Assembly (NCBI GenBank): GCA_965215605.1
Contig: OZ244070.1
Location: 3,895,973-3,959,972, forward strand
Direction: 5' to 3'
Length of the DNA: 64,000 bases
Origin: an uncultured Candidatus Binatia bacterium
GTDB taxonomy: Bacteria > Desulfobacterota > Binatia > UBA9968 > JAJDTQ01
Below the pieces are notes generated by a model that was not told the origin of the DNA, made no database searches, and saw only the letters and a list, made by a program, of their open reading frames with translations. The position numbers and the translations under genes were made by a program. Shown here one piece after another: positions 19,519 through 29,220 of this stretch; the first letter of the stretch is position 1, and every line of letters begins with the position of its first letter.

Positions 19519-20679
19519 ATGCTGCGTTTCGGTGTTTTCCTTGCCCCGTTCCACGCGCTGAACGAGAACCCCACTCTCCTGTTCGAGCGCGACCTGGAGC
19601 TGATCATGCTGCTGGACCGCCTCGGCTACGACGAGGCGTGGATCGGCGAGCACCACTCGGGCGGATTCGAGACCATCGCCGCGCCGGAGATCTTCATCGC
19701 CGCCGCGGCCCGGGAGACCCGGCGCATCCGGCTCGGCACCGGCGTGAAGTCCCTGCCCTACAACCACCCCTTCATGCTCGCCGACGCCATGGTGCAACTC
19801 GACCACATGACCCGCGGGCGCGCCATGTTCGGCGTGGGGCCCGGCGCGCTGCCTTCGGACGCCACACAGATGGGTGTCGACCCGCGACGCACCCGGCGCA
19901 TGATGAACGAGGCGCTGGACGTCATCATCCCGCTCCTGGAGGGTGAACGCGTGAGCGCCCGGACCGACTGGTTTACCCTCGAAAACGCCAGGCTCCAGCA
20001 CGCCTCCTTCACTCGCCCGCGGATGGAAATGGCCGTGACCACCATCCGCTCGCCGGCCGGCGCATCGCTGGCCGGTCGCTACGGGCTCGGACTTCTTTCC
20101 CTCGGCGGACACTCCGACGAGGCGCTGGACGCCTATGCCCGCAACTGGGGCATCTACGAGGAAGCCGCCGCCGCCCACGGCCGCGTAGCCGACCGGGCGC
20201 TATTCCGCATCGCCGTGCAGATGCACATCGCCGACACCCGCGAGCAAGCCATGGAGGACGTCCGGTTCGGCATCGACGCCTGGGGCGGCTACGCCCGCGA
20301 TGTGCTGCCGAATCAAACCGTCCCCAAAGGAGTCACCGACACCCGCACATTCATCGTCGAGTCCGGCCGCGCCATCATCGGCACGGCCGATGACGCCATC
20401 CGCGGGATCGAGCGCATGCAAGCCGGCACGGGCGGGTTCGGCGTGGTGCTGTTCATGTGCCACGACTGGGCCGACTGGAAGGCTACCCGGCGCAGCTACG
20501 AGCTGTTCGCGAGACACGTGGTTCCGCATTTCCAGGGTCAGTTCGATCCCAGACAGACCAGCTACGACGAGGCCGCCAGGCGGCAACCGGAGTTCCGCGC
20601 CGCAGCGATGGAGGGCGTCGCCGCCGCCAAGGCGGAATACGAGGACAAGCGAAAAAACAGGCGGGCTGAGGAACCGTGA
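19519..20679 (+). CDS. Luciferase-like (LLM) flavin-dependent monooxygenase, LimB-like
   Basis: RFGVFLAPFH, GYDEAWIGEHHS, IRLGTGV, LDHMTRGR, GVGPGALPSD, SYELFARHVVP. Confidence 0.88.
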   Translation: MLRFGVFLAPFHALNENPTLLFERDLELIMLLDRLGYDEAWIGEHHSGGFETIAAPEIFIAAAARETRRIRLGTGVKSLPYNHPFMLADAMVQLDHMTRGRAMFGVGPGALPSDATQMGVDPRRTRRMMNEALDVIIPLLEGERVSARTDWFTLENARLQHASFTRPRMEMAVTTIRSPAGASLAGRYGLGLLSLGGHSDEALDAYARNWGIYEEAAAAHGRVADRALFRIAVQMHIADTREQAMEDVRFGIDAWGGYARDVLPNQTVPKGVTDTRTFIVESGRAIIGTADDAIRGIERMQAGTGGFGVVLFMCHDWADWKATRRSYELFARHVVPHFQGQFDPRQTSYDEAARRQPEFRAAAMEGVAAAKAEYEDKRKNRRAEEP

Positions 20680-20826
20680 TGCGCGGCGTGCTCGTTGAAT
20701 TTCCGCTTTTTCTTCGCGGCGCAACCGTGAAGTCTCTTGCCTCTTCGACGGTCAACTGAGGGCGGTTTCGACACGAACCACGTATTGTGGCACCGCAGAA
20801 TAGGGTGTCCCGACCCCGCCCAACAC

Positions 20827-21933
20827 TCACAGATTGTAAAGCCGCGCGCAGTTGTCCCAGAGGATCTTCCGCTTCGTTTCCTTGGAGACGCCTTCGACCT
20901 CCAGGAACTCTTCCACGGCGTGGGGGAAGTCCGAGTCTCCGTGGGGGTAGTCGGTGGAGTAGACGATGTTGTCGTCGCCGATGAGCTCCGCGATCATGGG
21001 AAGCTCCTTCTCGGACTCGGTGGAGATCCAGCACTGGCGCTTGAAGAACTCGCTGGGTTTGAGCTCCGAGGTGTTGGGGTTGCGGGCCTTGGCGACGGTG
21101 CCGTCCATGCGGTGGAGCATGAAGGATACCCAGCCGCAGTAGCATTCCAGGAAGGCCACCTTGAGCCTGGGGTGGCGTTCCAAGACGCCGCCGCCGATGA
21201 TGTCGATCATGGCCATCATGTTGGACATGGGATGCTCGCAGATGTGCCGCAGCAGCAGGTCGTCGCCGAACACGTCGCCCATCTGCCGGACCTCTCCGGC
21301 TGAGGCGGCGGAATGGAAGCCCATGGGGATGCCCAGATCTTCCAGGGTGGCCCAAAGAACATCGTAGTAGCGGGAATGCCAGGGCAGCGAGCGGAGCGGC
21401 TCGGGACGGGCGAACACCGACACGAAGCCCAGCTCCTCCACCGCCCTGCGGGCTTCCTTGGCGGCCTCGGTGACGTCGTGGAGGGAGATCATGGCCGAGC
21501 CTTTCATACGTTCGGGATCGGTCTGGCAGAAGTCGTAGAGCCAGTTGTTGTAGGCCCTTGCTATCGCGGCGCCGAGCCTGGGGTCCATGTCCTCGCGCAT
21601 CATGACGCCCAGGCCGATGGACGGATACATGATCGCCAGGTCCAGCCCCTCCTTCTCCATCGCGTCGAGCTGTGAGACGCCGTCGAAGCCCCGGGCGCGG
21701 GCGTCGGCGATCTCCGCGTCGATGCGGGTGGCGTCGAAGATGCCGCCTCGATAGGCAGGCGGGTAGCCCTTGAGGATCTTGCCGTCGAGCATGACCATGG
21801 CCGAGCTGCGCGTGGTGGTGCTCAGGATCTTGGGACCCCGGTCGCGAAACTCGGGCTCCATGTACTTGTCCCAGAGGTCCGCGGGTTCGCGGACGTGCAT
21901 GTCCGAGTCCATGATCTTCAATCCGTCTTTCAT
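20827..21933 (-). CDS. Amidohydrolase_2 family protein
   Basis: MDSDMH, GFHS, FLECYCGW, STDYPHGD, KILWDNCARLY. Confidence 0.92.
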   Translation of the reverse strand: MKDGLKIMDSDMHVREPADLWDKYMEPEFRDRGPKILSTTTRSSAMVMLDGKILKGYPPAYRGGIFDATRIDAEIADARARGFDGVSQLDAMEKEGLDLAIMYPSIGLGVMMREDMDPRLGAAIARAYNNWLYDFCQTDPERMKGSAMISLHDVTEAAKEARRAVEELGFVSVFARPEPLRSLPWHSRYYDVLWATLEDLGIPMGFHSAASAGEVRQMGDVFGDDLLLRHICEHPMSNMMAMIDIIGGGVLERHPRLKVAFLECYCGWVSFMLHRMDGTVAKARNPNTSELKPSEFFKRQCWISTESEKELPMIAELIGDDNIVYSTDYPHGDSDFPHAVEEFLEVEGVSKETKRKILWDNCARLYNL

Positions 21934-21992
21934 GAGCGCTTCTCTCCCTTGTTCACGTGGGTTGTCAATGCGAGCGGCGCGCCAACCCGGAG

Positions 21993-23444
21993 CTACCCCC
22001 CCTCCATCACCCGAGCGGCCGCTTCCTCACAGGCCGTGCCGGCAAAGAAGTCCGGATTCATGCCGGAATAGAAGGACACCGCGTTGGTGAAGCTGAAGTC
22101 GCGAAAATCCTCTTCGGTGATATGCCCCCGGTCCACCAGCTCGTGGGCCTCGGCCACCACCTCGGTCATGTCGGTGACGTCCCAGTGGCCGATATCCGAG
22201 CTCATCATGGCCCCGAGCCGGGCGCCGAAGGGGTTCAACTTGTCGTTGAAGGCCCAGGCGATCATGCGGTCGTCGGCCTCGCAACCGAAGTAGAACCGCG
22301 GCACGAAGCGGTCGTGGATGTCCTCGGCTCTCTCGATGCCGCAGCGGGACCAGTCGTCGAGGATCTCGGGGCGGCGCTCCTTCCGGCCCAGCGACGCGCG
22401 GATTTCGGCCAGCTTGTCGCCGCTCTCGATGCCGCTGTAGTCCGCCACCAGCTTCATCATCAAGTCTACGTCGAGGCTCTCCGGATCCAGCTCCGAGATG
22501 GCATCCCGGTTGCGCTTCTCCCAGTGCTCCAGGATGTCGCTGTAGAGGCTGCAGGCCCACGCCACGCCGCATTCGAGAAATGCGAAGTTGAGCATTGGAA
22601 AGCGATATGTAACCCCGCCGAAAAAGAGGGCCTTACACATGGCCTCGCCGGCCGCGGCAAAGTGGCCGATGTGGTTGTACATGTAGTTGGAGACCGACCG
22701 CCGGCTGCCCCAGCCCTGGCCGCTGGCGTGGGAGGTGGGAGCCACCCCCAACTCCAGGCACCGCTGCCAGAACGGGTCGTAATCGTAGTCGCTGTCCAGC
22801 GCCAGCGTGTCGATGTAACGGGCCAGCGGCGCCAGGCCGGGGGCCTCCTCCCGCACCCGCGGAATCGGACGGTCCACGTGAGAGATGACGATGGTCTTGA
22901 GGCCCAATTCCCGGACGGCGTACTCGGTGTCCTCGATGGCCTCTTGCGGAGTGTGGGTGGGAATCACGGCAGCCGGAGTCATCCGGTCCGAACACTCGCC
23001 GTAGAACTCGGCGTGGAACTTGTTGAGCGCCCGACAGGATACCCGCCGGAGCTCCTCGTCCTCGAACCGAGGCGGCCCCGCCAGACCCTCGGTGGGATAC
23101 AGCACGGCGAAGTCGATGCCGAGCCGGTCCATTCGCTCATGCAACAGCCGCGGCAGCGACGCGGTGGCGCGATCCAGGGTGTTGCCCGCGGGGCGGGCCC
23201 ACCAGGGCGGACAGTGGGCCCGGACGCCGCGCCGTTCCGCCTCGGTCATGGAAGACCAGCGGCTGTTGGAGCGCACGCTCATGGCCTCGGCATAGCGCCC
23301 GGGCATGTCCGCCCCGCCCAGCTCCTTCAGGTAGTCGTGGTACAGCGGCGACAACTCGACGGTATGGCCGTCGGTATCGATGACCGGATGGTCGAGCCGG
23401 GCCCGAACCGCCTCCGAGTCTGAAGTCCCTCCTGAACTCATCAT
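21993..23444 (-). CDS. Amidohydrolase_2 family protein, long variant
   Basis: PVIDTDGH, LYPT, PTSH, FLECGVAWA, FGCEADD, SSDIGHWD. Confidence 0.85.
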   Translation of the reverse strand: MMSSGGTSDSEAVRARLDHPVIDTDGHTVELSPLYHDYLKELGGADMPGRYAEAMSVRSNSRWSSMTEAERRGVRAHCPPWWARPAGNTLDRATASLPRLLHERMDRLGIDFAVLYPTEGLAGPPRFEDEELRRVSCRALNKFHAEFYGECSDRMTPAAVIPTHTPQEAIEDTEYAVRELGLKTIVISHVDRPIPRVREEAPGLAPLARYIDTLALDSDYDYDPFWQRCLELGVAPTSHASGQGWGSRRSVSNYMYNHIGHFAAAGEAMCKALFFGGVTYRFPMLNFAFLECGVAWACSLYSDILEHWEKRNRDAISELDPESLDVDLMMKLVADYSGIESGDKLAEIRASLGRKERRPEILDDWSRCGIERAEDIHDRFVPRFYFGCEADDRMIAWAFNDKLNPFGARLGAMMSSDIGHWDVTDMTEVVAEAHELVDRGHITEEDFRDFSFTNAVSFYSGMNPDFFAGTACEEAAARVMEGG

Positions 23445-23494
23445 CCTCCCCAATCTTCCCGGCGCGAGCCGTCCTCGGCCAGCCAGCCCGCCGG

Positions 23495-24448
23495 CTACGC
23501 TCCGCGCTCCAACGCCTCCAGGTCCTTCACGTAGTCACGCAGCGCCGCGCCGAGGTCGAACCGCGGTTCCCAGCCGAGATGTTCCCTGGCTCGTGAAATG
23601 TCCAGGGGCTTCTTGGGACCCTCGTGCGGCGTCCCGTCCGGCACCACTTCCACCTCGAGGTCCGGATAGATGGCTCTCGCCTCCTCCACCAGCTCGTCGA
23701 AGGTCGTGACCAGACCGGTGCCGATGTTGAACACGTTGACCGGCGGCACCGGCACGGTGGCCGCCAGGTCCACCGCCCGGCCCACGTCCTTGGCGTAGAT
23801 GCGCTCCAGCGGCCGGGTCTGGCGCCGCGCGATCCTGGCAACGCCGCCTTCGCGGCCGCAGGTGAGGAGCGTGTGCGTGATGGCGCCGCTCTCGGCGCCG
23901 CCCAGGAAGTGACCCAGCCCGAACACGTGGGCCAGCCGCACCACCATCAAATCGAAGCCGTAGAGCCGCGCATAGGCCTCCAGCACCAGTTCCTGCACCG
24001 CCTTGGAGTTGCCGTAGGCGGTGCTGTCGCCCCGCTGGAGCGTCTCGGGCACCGAGGGTACCGATCCTTCGAACGTCCGGTTGTAGACGCTGAGCGTGCT
24101 GATATGCACGACCCGCTTGACGCCCGCCAACCGCACCGCCTCCGCCACGTTGATGGTGCCCTGGATGTTCACGTTGAAGGCCCAGTATCCCTCCCGGGCC
24201 ACCCGGCCGGCGATGATCGCCGCCGTGTGCAGCACCGTGTCGATGTCATGGGCCTTGATGATTCCCGTGAGGGCCGGCAGGTCCAGCACGTCCCCCTGGA
24301 GGGACACATAGTCCGCGGAACCGAGCTTCTGCTTCAGGTAATCATCCCGCGGCTGGAAATCGACGAAGACGAGACGCTCCCCCCTCGCCGCGGCATACTG
24401 GCCGAACGAAGCTCCGATGAGTCCGCTGCCCGTGATCAGAGTCGCCAT
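23495..24448 (-). CDS. NAD-dependent epimerase/dehydratase (extended SDR)
   Basis: LITGSGLIG, VLHTAA, HIST, YGNSK, LGWEP. Confidence 0.88.
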   Translation of the reverse strand: MATLITGSGLIGASFGQYAAARGERLVFVDFQPRDDYLKQKLGSADYVSLQGDVLDLPALTGIIKAHDIDTVLHTAAIIAGRVAREGYWAFNVNIQGTINVAEAVRLAGVKRVVHISTLSVYNRTFEGSVPSVPETLQRGDSTAYGNSKAVQELVLEAYARLYGFDLMVVRLAHVFGLGHFLGGAESGAITHTLLTCGREGGVARIARRQTRPLERIYAKDVGRAVDLAATVPVPPVNVFNIGTGLVTTFDELVEEARAIYPDLEVEVVPDGTPHEGPKKPLDISRAREHLGWEPRFDLGAALRDYVKDLEALERGA

Positions 24449-24497
24449 GCCGGCAAATCTAGCACGGACGGCACGGGGTTGGGAGAGGGAGTTGCTG

Positions 24498-25613
24498 TCA
24501 GCTCACGCCGTAGAGTCTCGCGCAGTTGTCCCAGAGGATCTTCTTCAGGGAATCGTTGCTGAGTCCCGGGGTCTCCATGAACTCCTCCACCGCGTGGGGG
24601 TAGTGCGCGTCGATGTGCGGGTAGTCGGTGGAGATGACGATGTTGTCGTCGCCCAGCCGGCCTATGACGTCGGTGACCAGGTACTCGTCCACGTCCACCG
24701 AGATGTAGCACTGGTCCAGGAAGTACTCGCTGGGTTTCCGGGACAGCGGCACGTCGGTGAGGGCGCCGTGTAGCTCCGCCCTTTCGTCCAGCCGGTACAG
24801 GAGCCACGGCAGCCAGGCGCAGTTGCCTTCCAGGAACGCCACCTTGAGGGTCGGGAACTTCTCCAACACCCCGCCGCCGCAGAACGCCGATACCGCCAAC
24901 TGCAGCTCGATGGGGTTGCGCAGCGCCATGGCGATGATGCTGGAGTTGGGGTGACCGTAGAACTCGCGGGCCACCTGCTGCTGCTTGGGATTGGCCGGCG
25001 GATGGAAGCACAACGGCACCTTGAGGCGGTCGATCTCCGCCCACAGGGGATCGTAGTAGCGGTCGTGGATGCGCCGGCCGTTGACCGGCTCCGGGCATAC
25101 GGACAGGCCTACCACTCCCAGCTCCGTCACCGCCCGGTGCGCCTCGTCCACCGCCATGTCCACGTCGTGCAGCGTCAGCAGTCCGGACGCCTTCATACGC
25201 TCCGGCCGCTCGCCGCAGAAATCGGCGATCCAGTCGTTCCACGCGCGGCACAGGTCGTTGGCGTATTCCGGCTCGAAGCTGTCGTCGCAGTGAAGCGGCG
25301 AGGTGCGGAACATCACCGCCAGGTCCAGCCCCTCGTTGTCCATGGCCACCACCTGCGACGGCGCGTCGTAGCCGTGCTCCAGCGCGTAGCCGTAGCGGTC
25401 CGCCACGCTGTCCTCGCCGTGCTCCAGCAGCTTGTGCCGAGGCCGCAGCACTTCCCCGTTGCCCAGGCTGAACTCGATGCGCCCGTGCTTGGAACGGGTC
25501 TTGCCGACGGGGACCCGGTCGCCCCACTTGGGGTTCATGTATTTTTCGTAGAGGTTCTGGGCGTCGTAGACGTGCATGTCGCTGTCGAACACCTGGTATC
25601 CGTTCCTGGCCAT
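24498..25613 (-). CDS. Amidohydrolase_2 family protein
   Basis: FDSDMH, CFHPP, FLEGNCAWLP, STDYPHID; close paralog of the genes at 14702 and 30683. Confidence 0.92.
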   Translation of the reverse strand: MARNGYQVFDSDMHVYDAQNLYEKYMNPKWGDRVPVGKTRSKHGRIEFSLGNGEVLRPRHKLLEHGEDSVADRYGYALEHGYDAPSQVVAMDNEGLDLAVMFRTSPLHCDDSFEPEYANDLCRAWNDWIADFCGERPERMKASGLLTLHDVDMAVDEAHRAVTELGVVGLSVCPEPVNGRRIHDRYYDPLWAEIDRLKVPLCFHPPANPKQQQVAREFYGHPNSSIIAMALRNPIELQLAVSAFCGGGVLEKFPTLKVAFLEGNCAWLPWLLYRLDERAELHGALTDVPLSRKPSEYFLDQCYISVDVDEYLVTDVIGRLGDDNIVISTDYPHIDAHYPHAVEEFMETPGLSNDSLKKILWDNCARLYGVS

Positions 25614-25654
25614 CTCCCTGCTCCTTGCTGCCATCGCGGCAAATACTCGGCGGC

Positions 25655-26899
25655 TTACGAGATCTGTATCAACTCCGGCGGGAACTCGTTCAGGCACTCC
25701 GTTCCCGAATCCCTGATGGCGTACGTGTCGCCGATGAAGAGTCCCCGGGTCCGCGCCTTGTCCACGAGATGGATCTGAAGCACGAACACCGTGCCGTTCC
25801 GAAAGACCATCTCGTCACCCTCGTAAAGCTTGTTCTCCGCCAGACTCGTCAACTCCGGGCCGATCTGCGGCTCGTGACGCGGCTGCGAGCCGAGCATCCC
25901 CTGCAGGTAGCCGCCCCAGGCGTCGTAACCCGCGGGCTTGATGACGTGGTTGGCGGCATTGACCGAGTCGGAGCCCGTGCCGCCCACCTTCAGGGTCTCG
26001 GCCACCCGATGGTAAGCTTCCAGCGCCACATCGAACATCCTGCGGAACTCGTCGGTCGGGGGTCCCATGAACATGGGCTTTCCGGTCTGCGCCTCGTAGC
26101 CGTTGTAAAGGACCCCCAGCTCGTTGTTGACGATGTCGCCATGGGTGATGACCCGTTCCGAGGGGCGCGGCCGCTGGTCGCCGACGTCCGGATCCGACAT
26201 GGGCGTGGAACTGAGCTGTATCATGCCCATCTCACCGCCGTGTCGGACGACGGCCTCGTACACGATGGCGAAGGCCTCGGACTCTGTCATGCCGGGCTTG
26301 AGCTGCTCCGCCAGCGCCCGCAACCCGATGTCCTGCACCAGGGCCGACTTGCGCAGAGCCTCGATCTCCTCGTCGCTCTTGAACAGCCTGAGGGCGAGGA
26401 ATTCCCTGGTCACGAACACGAACTCGGCGTCGGGCAGCTCCGACACGAAGAAGTCCCAGTGGTTCTTCGGAATCGAGGTAAGAGGATCGTACTCGACGAT
26501 GCCGATCCTCCCCTTGTCGTAACCCATCTCCCGGACCTTGCCGACGATGGCGTCGAGGACGCTGGGTTGGCCGACGACCAGTTCCTGCACCGCGCTGCGG
26601 GCGATCATGCCGGGCGCCAGCGAGTGCCCCGGACGGGTGATGACGGCGGGAGCGCCCTCCTTGGGGAAGAAGCAGTAATAGGCCATCTCCGCCTTGCCCA
26701 TCATGTTGGTGAGGTAGCGGACGTTGAACCACAACCGCCCATATGCGGCCGAGCCGCCGATGACCAGAAGGCAGTCGAGTTCCCGGTCGCGCAAGAGCTT
26801 GCGGACATTCTCATAACGCCGTTCGTACTCGGCCTCCGAAAACCTCGGATACGGGTACTTGGCGTGCAAACGGTCCAACTCGTCGCGCTCGATGAACAT
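25655..26899 (-). CDS. M24 (Xaa-Pro peptidase/creatinase) fold protein with degenerate metal ligands
   Basis: FSEAEYERR creatinase-N-like start, NVRYLT, RLFKSDEEI, KPGMTE, GDIV...NGY, C-terminal ECLNEFP. Confidence 0.8.
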   Translation of the reverse strand: MFIERDELDRLHAKYPYPRFSEAEYERRYENVRKLLRDRELDCLLVIGGSAAYGRLWFNVRYLTNMMGKAEMAYYCFFPKEGAPAVITRPGHSLAPGMIARSAVQELVVGQPSVLDAIVGKVREMGYDKGRIGIVEYDPLTSIPKNHWDFFVSELPDAEFVFVTREFLALRLFKSDEEIEALRKSALVQDIGLRALAEQLKPGMTESEAFAIVYEAVVRHGGEMGMIQLSSTPMSDPDVGDQRPRPSERVITHGDIVNNELGVLYNGYEAQTGKPMFMGPPTDEFRRMFDVALEAYHRVAETLKVGGTGSDSVNAANHVIKPAGYDAWGGYLQGMLGSQPRHEPQIGPELTSLAENKLYEGDEMVFRNGTVFVLQIHLVDKARTRGLFIGDTYAIRDSGTECLNEFPPELIQIS

Positions 26900-26950
26900 G
26901 GTCTCCCCGTGGTCGGTAGAAGAGATACCTGGCCCTCTTGAGCCAGCCTT

Positions 26951-26979
26951 CTTCTAGTTCACCACCTCTGCACTGTCAA
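26951..26979 (-). promoter_or_regulatory. Putative sigma70 promoter for the M24 gene
   Basis: Minus strand TTGACA-N17-TAGAAG. Confidence 0.4.
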
Positions 26980-27007
26980 CGTGACAGCGGCCGGCGATGC
27001 CCCCCAT

Positions 27008-27559
27008 TCAGCGTTCTGCGTTCAATTGCAACTCGAGTGTAACTAGGTCCAGTCCCGTTTCCCGCCCAATGCGTCGAACGACGCTCCGGGCAGTTGCCTC
27101 GACGTTGCGTGTACCGAACGGCTCGTGCGGCTTGCCCTGGAGCGACAGCACCGCCTTCCGCAGGTTCGACCAACTCTGGTTGGTCGATTTTCTGATTCCG
27201 CGGATTTAGGTATCGACTTCGTCGCCGGTTGCAGTGACGGGCAATGACCGGCGGCCGGTGGGTGGGCCGATCCCGGCCAGCAGCAAAACCGGCTGCCCGT
27301 TCAGGACCGCGTCAAGGTCGACACCGGGGTCCGCGACGAAGGCCGGTGGATCGCAGACTGGATCGGCGCGGAAATAGAGATCCCACGCCGCCTGGCGAAC
27401 CGCCATCTCCAGTCCCCGATGGGGATGCTGCCGTTCCGTCAGCATGCCGGCCCAGAAGGGCATGTAGCAAAGGTTCCATCCGGCAGTGAACGCGTCCGGA
27501 TCCCAGGGGTAGCCCCAGATGTGGCGAACGCCACCTCGTGGGATCGTGAGGTTCAGTGT
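27008..27559 (-). pseudogene. 5'-truncated, nonsense-interrupted gene remnant, possibly an HNH-like nuclease
   Basis: One frame reads ...VRHIWGYPWDPDAFTAGWNLCYMPFWAGMLTE...DEVDT, then TAA at 27206-27208, then 65 more in-frame codons (IRGIRKSTNQSWSNLRKAV...NAER*); no convincing start codon. Confidence 0.5.
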
Positions 27560-27631
27560 TCAGGTGGAGGGTCCTTGCGGGCGTCTGAAATATTCATTAT
27601 TCTGAATACAGATTCTGCGGGAGACCAAGCC

Positions 27632-27898
27632 ATGCCACGCACCACAACCATGACGGTCCGCCTCAGCGGCGCGCTCAGCGACTTCGTCGCGGCCAATGTC
27701 GGAGACGACGGAGCCTATGAAAACATCAGCGAGTACGTCCGCGACCTTATCCGACGGGACAAGGAACGTGCCGAACGGGAGGCCTTCCGCCGTCTCAAGG
27801 CCGAACTGACACTCGCCTTCGCGGGACCGGATGACTCCTTCCATCCCCTCTCCGCCTCGGAGGTCATTGCCAGGAACCGAGCGCGGACCGGTGCATGA
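27632..27898 (+). CDS. ParD-like ribbon-helix-helix antitoxin
   Basis: TMTVRL...GAYENISEYVRDLIRRD RHH signature; ATGA overlap with the downstream toxin. Confidence 0.85.
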   Translation: MPRTTTMTVRLSGALSDFVAANVGDDGAYENISEYVRDLIRRDKERAEREAFRRLKAELTLAFAGPDDSFHPLSASEVIARNRARTGA

Positions 27899-28209
27899 CG
27901 TCGGTTCGGGTCCAGGAAACGGCGTCTCTCCGTATTGACGAAATTTATCGATACACCCGCGACCGCTGGGGTACGGCTCAGGCCGACGCCTACATCACCG
28001 GGCTGTTCGACGCGTTCGAGGGAATCGCTACCGCCAGTGTTGCCTCACACCCGATTCCGGCCGAATTCGGGGTGAAAGGGTACGTGTTCCGATACAGAAG
28101 ACATTTCGTCTATTGGAAGACGCTGGCCAACGGGGATATCGGTATCGTCACCGTCCTGCATGAGCGCATGCATCAGCTCGATCGGTTTCGCGAAGACTTC
28201 GGAGACTGA
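27895..28209 (+). CDS. RelE/ParE family toxin
   Basis: EIYRYTRDRWGTAQADAYI, HFVYW, VTVLHERM; 104 aa. Confidence 0.88.
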   Translation: MTSVRVQETASLRIDEIYRYTRDRWGTAQADAYITGLFDAFEGIATASVASHPIPAEFGVKGYVFRYRRHFVYWKTLANGDIGIVTVLHERMHQLDRFREDFGD

Positions 28210-28214
28210 GTTGA

Positions 28215-29159
28215 TCAACCCGCCGCATTCTCCAGATCAGCGACATAGTCCCGGAACGCCTTCTCCATAGTGTACTTCGGCTCCCATCCGAGCAGGACTC
28301 TGGCTCTGGAGCAGTCGATGGGCTGCTTCACCTGAACTCCCGGTGGCGGACCAGGCAGGACCTCCACTTCCAACCTTGGGAGAACTCCCCGGATGGCCTT
28401 CACCAGCTCGTCGAAGGTCAGCACCTCGCCGCTGCCGATATTGAAGTGTGTCTTTTGCGGCAGCGGGATGGTGGCGGCGATGTCCACGGCGCGGCCCACG
28501 TCCTTGGCGTAGACGTACTCGAAGTCCGTGGTCAGAGGCCTGGGCACGCGGGCCGCCTCGCCCCGGAGGCCGCACTGGACCAGGGTCTGGATGAGCCGGC
28601 CGCCGGCGGAGCCGCCCTGGAAGTGGCCGAAGCCGTACAGTTTGGCCAGCCGCAGGACGACCACCTCGAAGCCGTAGAGACGCTGGTAGGCCTCGACCAT
28701 GAGTTCCTTGGCCACCTTGGTGTTGTCGTACAACCGGCCGTTGCCGCGGGGAAAATCCTCACGCAAGGGCGCGGGGCAGTCCCGGCGCTGGTCGTAGACG
28801 CTGAGGGAGCTGATGTGCACCAGGCGCCTCACGCCGGCGAGCCGGACAGCCTCAAGGACGTTGATGCTCCCCATGACGTTGATCGAAACGCCGGTATAGG
28901 GCGCGTCCGCGACCTTGGTGCCCACCAGACCGGCGGTGTGCACCACCGTGTCCACGCGGTGCGCCGTCATGGCGTGCAACAGCGCCGGCAGGTCGAGAAT
29001 GTCCCCCTGGACGAACTCGACATCCGCTCCCGGAAGCTTTCGTTGGAGGTATTCCCGGTGGGGTTGCAGGTCGTAGAAGACCAGCCGGACGTCTCTTCGC
29101 ACGGCGAACTGGGCGAAAGAGGTTCCGACCAATCCGGAGCCGGTGACCAGCGTGGTCAC
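28215..29159 (-). CDS. NAD-dependent epimerase/dehydratase (extended SDR)
   Basis: LVTGSGLVG, HTAG, HISS, YDNTK; paralog of 23495..24448; GTG start 8 nt after GGGAG. Confidence 0.88.
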   Translation of the reverse strand: MTTLVTGSGLVGTSFAQFAVRRDVRLVFYDLQPHREYLQRKLPGADVEFVQGDILDLPALLHAMTAHRVDTVVHTAGLVGTKVADAPYTGVSINVMGSINVLEAVRLAGVRRLVHISSLSVYDQRRDCPAPLREDFPRGNGRLYDNTKVAKELMVEAYQRLYGFEVVVLRLAKLYGFGHFQGGSAGGRLIQTLVQCGLRGEAARVPRPLTTDFEYVYAKDVGRAVDIAATIPLPQKTHFNIGSGEVLTFDELVKAIRGVLPRLEVEVLPGPPPGVQVKQPIDCSRARVLLGWEPKYTMEKAFRDYVADLENAAG

Positions 29160-29220
29160 GGGCAAATCTCCCGGTCGCTCGGGAGGCGGCGCGCCATTGG
29201 TGGAACTGCGACGGCCGGCC

